A stretch of DNA of 24,318 nucleotides from a virus (Duplodnaviria > Caudoviricetes). Under the pieces are notes generated by a model, which made no database searches, was not told where the DNA came from, and was given only the letters and a program-made list of their open reading frames with translations. Made by a program: the position numbers and the translations under genes. Shown here piece after piece: positions 1-7,218 of this stretch; positions within the stretch are counted from its first letter, which is position 1; the number at the start of each line of letters is the position of its first letter. The stretch spans positions 1-24,318 of the IMG/VR virus record IMGVR_UViG_3300021978_000002; one strand, written 5' to 3'.

Positions 1-9
1 GAAAATGAC

Positions 10-46
10 AAAAAAAAACCCCATCTGCCAAAACGACAGATAGGGT
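10..46 (-). terminator. Intrinsic terminator
   Basis: - strand ACCCUAUCUGUC-GUUUU-GGCAGAUGGGGU then a U tract (9 A at 10-18 on +); G:U pairs form only on the - strand. Confidence 0.85.
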
Positions 47-167
47 GGAAGTTCCAACGGCTTAGTGTCTGCAAACACAAACCATTGAGGCTTATTGGTT
101 CGGATATGGAGGGGTTGGGTTGAGTTCCTCCACTCTTTGCTTCATAAAGCAAATAATGGAAAAACCT
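10..167 (-). ncRNA. Putative ~160-nt small RNA, antisense to the early direction
   Basis: TATAAT at 179-174, consecutive hairpins, terminator at 46-10; no credible ORF with an RBS. Confidence 0.55.
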
Positions 168-173
168 TATGTA

Positions 174-200
174 ATTATACGATAAATCTCTTAATTTATA
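174..200 (-). promoter_or_regulatory. Sigma70-type promoter (-10 TATAAT with upstream TTAAG/AT-rich tract)
   Basis: - strand ...aattaagagatttatcgTATAATtacata...; predicted start about 167. Confidence 0.6.
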
Positions 201-219
201 TTAAAAATAAGCAATTATC

Positions 220-390
220 AAAGCTTTTGATGAGAGTGCTAACAAAGACCGACTTTTGATAGAGGTAATGTCAAGCGGTTCGAGCGACCGTTCCTATAGC
301 GTTATCGAAGAATAAAGCGTAAGATCACACATCAGCCATAGGTTCTGGAGGCAGTTGTCGGAACAAAAAGGCACTCTCACAAAGAGCTTT
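220..390 (+). ncRNA. Structured RNA 1: long closing stem (RNase III-site-like) around a multibranched domain
   Basis: 220-240 AAAGCUUUU-GA-UGAGAGUGCU pairs with 370-390 GGCACUCUCA-CA-AAGAGCUUU (19 bp, 2x2 internal loop, G:U pairs on + strand); inner stem CCGAC 249-253 / GUCGG 357-361. Confidence 0.6.
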
Positions 391-577
391 CACCCAGACG
401 CACCGAAAAAAGATACATTCGCACATTGTGACTCCTTATGATTTGTCCTGCTTGGATGCCATAGGTTCCTTTCAAAACATAATAATCGGTCGAGACATAG
501 ATTCATTATTTCTCCTTAATACATTTCGCGTTGACCTTACTACGGGAAACCGCCGGTGCGTCTGATTGAGAGCTTTT
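382..577 (+). ncRNA. Structured RNA 2: RNase III-site-like stem enclosing three anti-RBS/start-codon modules
   Basis: 382-405 AAGAGCUUUCA-CC-CAGACGCACCG pairs with 554-577 CGGUGCGUCUG-AU-UGAGAGCUUUU (22 bp, 2x2 loop); GNRA hairpin CGG-GAAA-CCG at 543-552; CAU...UCCUU modules at 424-438, 460-472, 504-518. Confidence 0.6.
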
Positions 578-599
578 AAATCTAATGAAAGGACTAGAG

Positions 600-827
600 A
601 TGCCTGAAAGAATGATTGTGTTTTCTGACCTGTGCCCTAAGTGTGGTGCAGAAATTATAGATACTGACGGTGTTAATCTTATGGAAGACAAGGGAGAGGT
701 TAAGTGTTGGGAGTGTGGTACTACATATGAATACAGGAAAATATTTAAAGATAGTCCTGATAACCCATATTGCGATGAAGAATGGGTAAAAACTGAATAT
801 ATAGTAAAGGACGTTAGAGATGTTTGA
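600..827 (+). CDS. Small zinc-ribbon protein
   Basis: CPKCG...CWECG motif; SD AAAGGA at 588-593 favours ATG 600 over 585. Confidence 0.75.
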   Translation: MPERMIVFSDLCPKCGAEIIDTDGVNLMEDKGEVKCWECGTTYEYRKIFKDSPDNPYCDEEWVKTEYIVKDVRDV

Positions 828-1266
828 AAAAATCTTGAAACATTTTGGGTATGCAAGAAACACTGAATCAAATTACTACAAAACAGAGACTGCACGACTT
901 GAAAGAGAGTTAGCAGGATTCATTAAGGCAAATTCTAAATTATATGATGAGAAGATTGACCTGCTAAGGTTAAATGAACAGCTGACTAAAGAGAACCAGG
1001 AACTAAGAGAAGAGAAAGATGCATATTGCCACAACGCAACAAGCCAAAAAGCTCAGATTGAAGAACTAAATAGAGAGATAAAAGAGCTAAAACAGCGATG
1101 CAATGACAAAAGAGAGCAGATAGCCATACTTGATGAAGCAAATGTAAAGCTACAAAAAGAACTATCCGAATGCAAAACCCAGCTTGAAAAAGCTCTCTCT
1201 AAACCATTTAAACACGCTCATGAAGCAAGACATAAAAATATCAAGCATAGGAGAAAAAAGAGATGA
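820..1266 (+). CDS. Coiled-coil hypothetical protein with basic C-terminus
   Basis: SD AAAGGA; heptad-rich E/K/L sequence; overlaps both neighbours. Confidence 0.8.
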   Translation: MFEKILKHFGYARNTESNYYKTETARLERELAGFIKANSKLYDEKIDLLRLNEQLTKENQELREEKDAYCHNATSQKAQIEELNREIKELKQRCNDKREQIAILDEANVKLQKELSECKTQLEKALSKPFKHAHEARHKNIKHRRKKR

Positions 1267-1487
1267 CTGAAATTAGAACTAATTTAAAAGCAGAATTTAG
1301 CATTTTTGAAACGTTAGATGAAGTTGAAGATGTAGCTAAAAATCTTCTGATAAAGATTGATGAAGCTAGAAAGTCTACAAGAACAAATAAATATCACAAA
1401 GTACCTGCCGAAAAAATTAAAAATATAGAAAAAGAATTTTCAAAACTGCTAGATTGTTTTGAAATTGAAGGTTTTAATGATTACTGA
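1263..1487 (+). CDS. Hypothetical early protein
   Basis: ATGA overlap with upstream gene; GGAG SD. Confidence 0.7.
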   Translation: MTEIRTNLKAEFSIFETLDEVEDVAKNLLIKIDEARKSTRTNKYHKVPAEKIKNIEKEFSKLLDCFEIEGFNDY

Positions 1488-1505
1488 TGAAAGGAGAAAA
1501 AAGCG

Positions 1506-1688
1506 ATGATAACCATAGACAAGATCCAACACATAGAACTTAACTCTTTTTTACTATACCGTAGCAAGTGGAGGATACCAACAATTAAGGAGTGTTTGGA
1601 ACAGATAGAAAGACGGGTAAAAATTTACTTTAGTCCCATAAACATACAACGCATACAGGAGAGACGAAATGAGCACAAATCCGCCTAA
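1506..1688 (+). CDS. Hypothetical early protein
   Basis: Strong SD AAGGAG; fits the operon. Confidence 0.6.
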   Translation: MITIDKIQHIELNSFLLYRSKWRIPTIKECLEQIERRVKIYFSPINIQRIQERRNEHKSA

Positions 1689-1920
1689 AATAAAAGACCA
1701 CGAAACAACAGATATAAATATTGTAACAGATAAAACAATAGAAAAGCTAATAAATCTGAATGAACACCCTGATGGTGGACTAGAGTATCTGCAAAGCGTA
1801 AGAGATGTGTACCATGACATATATAAACGAACAGGACGCTCTTATACTTTTAGCCAAATACTTGACCAAGCCTGTGAAGATTTGGGCATTGAAGAGCCTT
1901 ACAATCCATTTGAGGATTAA
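1669..1920 (+). CDS. Hypothetical early protein
   Basis: SD AGGAG; fits the operon. Confidence 0.7.
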   Translation: MSTNPPKIKDHETTDINIVTDKTIEKLINLNEHPDGGLEYLQSVRDVYHDIYKRTGRSYTFSQILDQACEDLGIEEPYNPFED

Positions 1921-1923
1921 CAA

Positions 1924-2073
1924 ATGATTGAATTACTAACACTTTTAACCGTTCCACTAGCACTGGTAGCATACTTGATCGGCAGAATACAAGGCGAAAA
2001 AATAGCTAAAGAGAAATACTGGGACTGGACAGTCAGTTTTTATAACGGAAAACCAATAAGGATGGACAAATGA
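1924..2073 (+). CDS. 49-aa single-pass membrane protein (not in ORF track)
   Basis: MIELLTLLTVPLALVAYLIGRIQGEK...; SD GAGGA; ATGA overlap with next gene. Confidence 0.7.
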   Translation: MIELLTLLTVPLALVAYLIGRIQGEKIAKEKYWDWTVSFYNGKPIRMDK

Positions 2074-2825
2074 CAAATGCAGAATATAGAGCTGTTGACG
2101 CTATAAGTAATAGCGATTTGAGCTACATTGAAACAAATCCATACCTTTACGCACTGGGATTTAGACCACAGATAGAGTCTAAGGCTTTAGAGTTTGGTAC
2201 GTTGGTCCACGCCTTAACCCTAGAGCCTGAAAAGTTTACTGAAGAGTACGCAGTGGAGGACTTTGAGGGTTGCGAGCTAAACAAGAACTCCAAAGCGTAC
2301 AAAGAAGCCAGAGCTAACTGGCTTCAAACAGTAAACGGTAAAGAGATTATATCAAAAAGCGATTATGAAAAGGCGAAAACGCTATCAGATAGAGCAAGAA
2401 AGCTAATAGAGCCTTTAAGCGGCAAAGCTGAACAGAGCTATATATCTGATTGGAACGACCAAATAAAAGTCAAATGTAGACCTGATTTTTTAACAGATGA
2501 CGGAGTGCTGATTGATCTCAAAACTACAAGCACAGATGTAACAAGTGATTACCTACTTTCAAAAACTATTTACGATAGGAAGTACCACCGACAACTTGCT
2601 TTTTACAAAATGGTACTTGAATTGTCAGGTGTAGAAGTTAAAGAATGTGTCCTAATCTTTGCAAATACATCAAACTTATGGGTAAGAGGAGTAAAGATAC
2701 TCCCAGAAGATTTACAACGTGGACACAATGAGGCGATCCAGATACTTGATAGATATAACTCTATCCTAAAGAACGGATTAACACTTAACGGACTTTTTGA
2801 GCCTATTTTATTACCGACTTACTAA
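2070..2825 (+). CDS. RecE/exonuclease VIII-like PD-(D/E)XK exonuclease
   Basis: ISNSDL, GTLVHALTLEPEKF, KCRPDFL, IDLKTT, YHRQLAFY motifs; adjacent to recT. Confidence 0.9.
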   Translation: MTNAEYRAVDAISNSDLSYIETNPYLYALGFRPQIESKALEFGTLVHALTLEPEKFTEEYAVEDFEGCELNKNSKAYKEARANWLQTVNGKEIISKSDYEKAKTLSDRARKLIEPLSGKAEQSYISDWNDQIKVKCRPDFLTDDGVLIDLKTTSTDVTSDYLLSKTIYDRKYHRQLAFYKMVLELSGVEVKECVLIFANTSNLWVRGVKILPEDLQRGHNEAIQILDRYNSILKNGLTLNGLFEPILLPTY

Positions 2826-2834
2826 GGAGAAATA

Positions 2835-3809
2835 ATGAGCAATATAACACCATACCAACAACGAGAAACAGAAGTAAGAAATCTCATAAAAGAGAGAATG
2901 CCACAATTAGCACTATTTGTCCAGGACAAAGCCACACGCAACAAATATGCAAGTGCTATCACCTCTATAGCTATGAACAAAAACTTACGAGATGTAAGCC
3001 CTGAAAGCATAGTAAAAACAGCCTTTGAGATAGTGCAATTAGGACTAAATCCAAACCCACTATTTGGTCAGGCTTACGTAGTGCCATTTAACCTGAAAAA
3101 TGGTGGTCTAACTGCTCAACTTCAGATCGGTTACAAAGGCTACATAACACTGTTAAACCGTGCAGGATGGGCGATCCGTGCAGTAGCGGTCTATGATGTA
3201 GATAGATTTTCTATCAAATTTGCAGGACTAAAAGATGAAATAGAATTTGAACCAAACTATGATGAAAGACAAAACGACAACGGAGCCTGGGTATACAACA
3301 ATCTAAAAGGTGCAATCGTCTATGCACAGCACAAAGACGGACAAGAGTATAGCGAGTTCATCCCTTTTAGAGTGCTTGAAAAACTAAGAGTAAAGAGCCA
3401 AAATCAAAAAGCAGGACAACTTAGCAACATCTGGCTTGAGTGGACTGAAGAGATGTACCTTGCAAAAGCCATTAAGAAAGTAGCTAAAAAATTACCGCTT
3501 GATGATGAGAGAGTAATCGAAGCTACTATCTTAGAAGATGAGCCAGTGAGATTGGAAGAGAAGCCACAAGTTCAACAACCACAACCACAAACGCTTAACA
3601 CGCAAGTACTACCACCTAAAAAAGAGATTGGCAACCTTGAAAAACACTACCCTGATTTGATCCAGGCAGGTGTTAAGAGAAATGACTTAAAAGGTTTTAT
3701 AGAACGCTACCAATTGACAGATGAGAACATAGAAAGCACTCTAAACGATGTTAATGGCTTAAAAGTTATGGTTGAAGAGTTTTACAACACTGAAGAAGTG
3801 CCGGTCTAA
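2835..3809 (+). CDS. recT: RecT-family single-strand annealing protein
   Basis: LGLNPNPLFGQAYVVPF, AQLQIGYKG, EEMYLAKAIKKVAKKLP motifs; SD TAAGGAG. Confidence 0.92.
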   Translation: MSNITPYQQRETEVRNLIKERMPQLALFVQDKATRNKYASAITSIAMNKNLRDVSPESIVKTAFEIVQLGLNPNPLFGQAYVVPFNLKNGGLTAQLQIGYKGYITLLNRAGWAIRAVAVYDVDRFSIKFAGLKDEIEFEPNYDERQNDNGAWVYNNLKGAIVYAQHKDGQEYSEFIPFRVLEKLRVKSQNQKAGQLSNIWLEWTEEMYLAKAIKKVAKKLPLDDERVIEATILEDEPVRLEEKPQVQQPQPQTLNTQVLPPKKEIGNLEKHYPDLIQAGVKRNDLKGFIERYQLTDENIESTLNDVNGLKVMVEEFYNTEEVPV

Positions 3810-3818
3810 CTGGCACTT
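3796..3818 (+). other. Hairpin over the recT stop codon (weak terminator or mRNA stabiliser)
   Basis: AAGUGCCGG-UCUAA-CUGGCACUU; only a short U run follows. Confidence 0.45.
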
Positions 3819-3832
3819 TAAGGAGATAGGTT

Positions 3833-3904
3833 ATGACAAGTGAAGAGCAACACATAATAATCAAATACCTGGAAGAGAAAGCACTTGACTCAAGGTTGGT
3901 ATAA
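3833..3904 (+). CDS. 23-aa peptide (not in ORF track)
   Basis: MTSEEQHIIIKYLEEKALDSRLV*; strong SD TAAGGAG; its stop merges with the next gene's SD. Confidence 0.5.
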   Translation: MTSEEQHIIIKYLEEKALDSRLV

Positions 3905-3914
3905 AGGATGAAAT

Positions 3915-4262
3915 ATGAGACTTGTAACAAAGGCTGAAGCAGTTAAAGAGACAGGTCTACACTGGGTATATTTTGCACCATCAAGCACAACGAAAAGGTA
4001 TAAAAAAGCAATAGTTGGTAATAAAGTTGATATGGATAAACTGCAAGAGATACAAAACAAATATAAAGAGCTTGAAATCATTAGAAACTTTGTAATGTAC
4101 CTAAAGCATGAAAAAGGCATCTTGTTTAAACATATAGCACTTGTAGCTGGAAGAGCAATCCCCACAATAGCCAATCTAAAATTTGGTTTAGAACCAGCTG
4201 AACGAATCAAAAACTTTTACTATAAGCAGTACGAAGAATTTAAAAAAGAGTACGGGTATTGA
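3915..4262 (+). CDS. Basic hypothetical protein, possible HTH DNA-binding
   Basis: SD AAGGA; FKHIALVAGRAIPTIANL resembles an HTH. Confidence 0.6.
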   Translation: MRLVTKAEAVKETGLHWVYFAPSSTTKRYKKAIVGNKVDMDKLQEIQNKYKELEIIRNFVMYLKHEKGILFKHIALVAGRAIPTIANLKFGLEPAERIKNFYYKQYEEFKKEYGY

Positions 4263-4360
4263 ACCGATTTTACAGAGGATTAAATCAAATCATCTGGCTT
4301 AAACACTTACTGAGGAAAACTTTGTCCTACCAACTTGAAACAATTGTAAAAAGGATAAGC

Positions 4361-4651
4361 ATGAGTCTTGATGAAGCAATTCAAACTATACCAACATTGA
4401 AAGAAATGTTAGAGCGTATAGAACGTAAAGAGTATCTATCTGAATTTATGACACCAGAAGAAGTAGAGACAGAATTTGGTATTAGCAAAAGTACTCAAAA
4501 CCAAATGCGATCAAATCGTGAGATAGATTACTATAAACCAAAAGGTAAAGTGCTATATAAAAGAAGTGATATAATAGAGTTTGTTGAAGCTAACAAAATA
4601 CCAAAAATTTCTATTGACCGTACCAAACACCGTACCAGTAAGTTTTCTTAA
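4361..4651 (+). CDS. xis: Excisionase-like winged-HTH protein
   Basis: FMTPEEVETEFGISKSTQNQMRSNREIDYYKPKGKVLYKRSDIIEFVE is a typical Xis/HTH_17 pattern; SD AAAGGA favours ATG 4361 over TTG 4259; next to int. Confidence 0.8.
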   Translation: MSLDEAIQTIPTLKEMLERIERKEYLSEFMTPEEVETEFGISKSTQNQMRSNREIDYYKPKGKVLYKRSDIIEFVEANKIPKISIDRTKHRTSKFS

Positions 4652-4842
4652 GCCCTATAAAAACCGATATATAGGGCTTTTGTAAATTTATAAGGTACGG
4701 CTGTAAGCCGTGAACTATCACTAACCTTAAAAAAATCACTTGCAAAATAATACCATAAACACGCTACTTTTAAACTTTATTTTCTACACATTATTGTATA
4801 TTATTTAAATCATACCGTACCAATTCACCGTACCAGTACGGT
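4617..4842. other. Putative attP with integrase arm-type sites
   Basis: ACCGTACCA at 4617-4625, 4629-4637, 4814-4822, 4827-4835; inverted partial copies at 4694-4700 and 4836-4842; central dyad ACGGCT-GTA-AGCCGT 4697-4711. Confidence 0.75.
4650..4683 (+). terminator. Intrinsic terminator after xis
   Basis: AAGCCCTATA 4650-4659 / TATAGGGCTT 4670-4679 followed by TTGT. Confidence 0.65.
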
Positions 4843-4856
4843 TAGGGAGAAATAAT

Positions 4857-5915
4857 ATGCAAAAAACAAAGTATGAAGGTGTTTATTTTGTAATTGGTGC
4901 TGATGGTAAAAAAAACTACAAAGTCCGCTTTTGGGTACATGGAAAAGAATATAAACGCACAATAGGTAAAGAGCCGTTATGGACTGCAAAGTCTGCATCA
5001 CTAGAACGGGAGCGTTTGATTGATGAATACATAAATGGAGAAATCACCCAAATTAAAAAAATGGATGATATGTTTATTGAATATTTAAATGACCGTGGTA
5101 CTAAGCTCTCTAAGTGGTGGAAGAAAAACAATACATATTTATATAAGAATCATATAAGCCCTGCTATTGGTCACTTAAAGGCAGATACAATCAAACGACA
5201 TATGATTCAAAAGATTGTTGATGATATGTTAAACAAAGGATACAAGCCAAAAACTGCTAAAGATGTTAAAGACACGCTAAGTGCATTTTTCAAATATTAC
5301 GACCTACCAAACCCTGCTGCTAGAGTTGATATTCCAAAATTTGATAATTCAGTACAATTTGATCTAACAATTGAGGAATGCAAAAAAGTTTATGATGCGA
5401 TAGTAAACTATGATAACACTAAATACAGATGTTTTTTTACCCTACTTTTGCATGGCAGACGTAGAGGCGAAGCTATGAGCATAAGAGTTGAAAATATAGA
5501 CTTTAATGAAAAAGTTTATATTATTAAATATGAAGACAACAAGAGGCGAAAAACGGTGACGCATCCATTAACTCCAATGCTTGAAAAAATGATGCTAACT
5601 CTAATAAAGCAAGAAAAAATCATATCAGGGTATTTGTTTAGAGGTAGAAAAGAAGGCACTCATATATCACCTTATGCAGTTGAATATCATTGGCAAAAGA
5701 TAAAAGAAAAATCAGGCGTAAAATTGAGACTGCATGATTTACGACACATGATCGGATATTTAGGTGTAAATATGGGTGCGTCATTAGAACAAATAGGAAA
5801 AGTATTAGATCATACAAATATTTCAACTACAAAAAGATATTCTAATGTAAGAATCCAGCAAGCAGGAACATTACTTGATAATATTTTTGAGACATTAAAA
5901 AGGGAGTCTAACTAA
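4857..5915 (+). CDS. int: Tyrosine integrase
   Basis: Catalytic motifs HGRRRGE (R), LHDLRH (H-x-x-R), LDH...TTKRY (H, Y); N-terminal arm-binding-like domain. Confidence 0.96.
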   Translation: MQKTKYEGVYFVIGADGKKNYKVRFWVHGKEYKRTIGKEPLWTAKSASLERERLIDEYINGEITQIKKMDDMFIEYLNDRGTKLSKWWKKNNTYLYKNHISPAIGHLKADTIKRHMIQKIVDDMLNKGYKPKTAKDVKDTLSAFFKYYDLPNPAARVDIPKFDNSVQFDLTIEECKKVYDAIVNYDNTKYRCFFTLLLHGRRRGEAMSIRVENIDFNEKVYIIKYEDNKRRKTVTHPLTPMLEKMMLTLIKQEKIISGYLFRGRKEGTHISPYAVEYHWQKIKEKSGVKLRLHDLRHMIGYLGVNMGASLEQIGKVLDHTNISTTKRYSNVRIQQAGTLLDNIFETLKRESN

Positions 5916-5922
5916 GCTCCCC
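5897..5922 (-). terminator. Probable late-operon terminator inside the 3' end of int
   Basis: - strand GGGGAG-CUUAGUUAGA-CUCCCU-UUUU spanning the endolysin stop. Confidence 0.55.
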
Positions 5923-6322
5923 TAACAATTCCAACAAGTTCTTCAGCCCTACTTTTAACTTGTCTATACCATACACTACTTTCCATCTCATCTGCCATTT
6001 TTTTAAAATCTCTATGTTTAACTGCTGCAATCATCTTTTTAAATTTTAAAAATCTAGATTTCCCTAAGTTGAAAATCATATCCACTAAAACATTTTGGAT
6101 CTCTTTTGGCAAATCGTCAAAATCTTCAAAAATTTCCCTAAGCTCATTTTTACAACGTCTAATATCCATCCTAAGTAAATATAGAGCTTCACTCTCAGTA
6201 ATACCATTATCTTCAATATTACGTCCTACCCCAATAGTTAGTTTACCAGCTGGACAATAATAAGGCTTCAGCTCCATTCCTTCATGTCTAATTAACATCT
6301 TTTCTAGCTCTGTCATCTTCAT
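5912..6322 (-). CDS. Endolysin, T4-lysozyme-like (GH24) muramidase
   Basis: HEGMELKPYYCPAGKLTIGVG gives E-x8-C-x5-T; DMIFNLG; SVWYRQVKSRA; no hydrophobic SAR N-terminus. Confidence 0.9.
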   Translation of the reverse strand: MKMTELEKMLIRHEGMELKPYYCPAGKLTIGVGRNIEDNGITESEALYLLRMDIRRCKNELREIFEDFDDLPKEIQNVLVDMIFNLGKSRFLKFKKMIAAVKHRDFKKMADEMESSVWYRQVKSRAEELVGIVRGA

Positions 6323-6324
6323 TC

Positions 6325-7218
6325 CTATTTTTCAAATTCAACTTTTACACTGTAACCGCTACCATTAATAGTATGCGTAACTCTTTTGATTAGATACTCA
6401 CTGTCATCAAAACTTAGCTTACCACCAGCTATGATATTTCTACCTGTACAAGTCAAACTACCCTTCACTGTACCGCTATTTAACAATCCTAAAACTCCCT
6501 CAGCTCTTTTTAGTGCCTCTTCTTTACTTTTAAAGCTACCTCTAAGATGGTAAACTGGTTCTCCACTACCATATATCACTTCTATATCTTTATTCTCTTT
6601 TGTATCTCTAAAAGTTGCTTTAACGCTTTTGTAGAGTGTTTTATTTGCATATGTCAAAGAGTAGTTTTCTGCTTCATCTTTATCAATAGAGAAAATAGGC
6701 AAATCACTTTTTGTTTTTTCAATGAAAATGAGTGTATTATTTTTGATATTGAATGTTGCGTTGTAATCTTTTGCAAGACGATCTAAAAGATGTAAATCAC
6801 TTTCGTTTGTTTGACTTATATGCTTTAAAAAAACATCTCTAAAATCAGCTTTGACTCTTAAACCATGTTTGGAGGCAATCTTGCTGACTAAATCTTTCAG
6901 TGTTAAGTTCTCATAGCTTATATTTACTTTCTCTTTCAAATTGGCAGTAAAATTTGTACTTGTTGCTTTTACTGTTAGACTGAGCTTAGTTTGCGTGGTA
7001 GTCTGTACCAGGAAGGTACCACAAAAATAAAGTCCACTCTCTTTATATCCAAGCCATACTTTTATCTCATCTTTATAGCTTGGTCTGCTAAAAGAGCCAT
7101 CAAACTTTAACTGCAGTTCATCTGTTGCAGTACCATTCTCATCTATCAACTGAATTGAATCAGGCTCAGTTTTCAACTCACTTCCATTTATAGTGATTTT
7201 AAAATCAGGTGTTACCAT
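6325..7218 (-). CDS. Baseplate hub / late control D family (P2 gpD-like)
   Basis: VWLGY...GTFLV, QTNESDLHLLDRLAKDY motifs; U-X-D gene order. Confidence 0.9.
   Translation of the reverse strand: MVTPDFKITINGSELKTEPDSIQLIDENGTATDELQLKFDGSFSRPSYKDEIKVWLGYKESGLYFCGTFLVQTTTQTKLSLTVKATSTNFTANLKEKVNISYENLTLKDLVSKIASKHGLRVKADFRDVFLKHISQTNESDLHLLDRLAKDYNATFNIKNNTLIFIEKTKSDLPIFSIDKDEAENYSLTYANKTLYKSVKATFRDTKENKDIEVIYGSGEPVYHLRGSFKSKEEALKRAEGVLGLLNSGTVKGSLTCTGRNIIAGGKLSFDDSEYLIKRVTHTINGSGYSVKVEFEK

Noticed and set aside
57-64. 8-nt match (TAAGCCGT) between the - strand small RNA and the att region at 4704-4711, hinting at RNA-guided recombination
   Set aside because: An 8-mer match is expected by chance in 24 kb, and the integrase is an ordinary arm-site tyrosine recombinase
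421-520. CsrB-like sponge on the - strand (AAGGA three times, CAGGA once)
   Set aside because: GGA motifs are not in hairpin loops, three are followed by a spaced ATG, and G:U pairing favours the + strand as the RNA; less likely but not excluded
220-577. CRISPR or mini-array reading of the ~40-nt spaced modules
   Set aside because: No conserved direct repeat of CRISPR length; shared elements are only CAT and TCCTT; no cas gene in the window
4696-4712. tRNA-Tyr-like anticodon arm TACGG-CTGTAAG-CCGTG in the att region
   Set aside because: No D arm, TTC T-loop or acceptor stem around it
4699-4715. Short resemblance of the - strand to the 3' part of E. coli 6S RNA as I recall it
   Set aside because: Only about 17 nt, compared from memory, and across distant taxa; needs a real search
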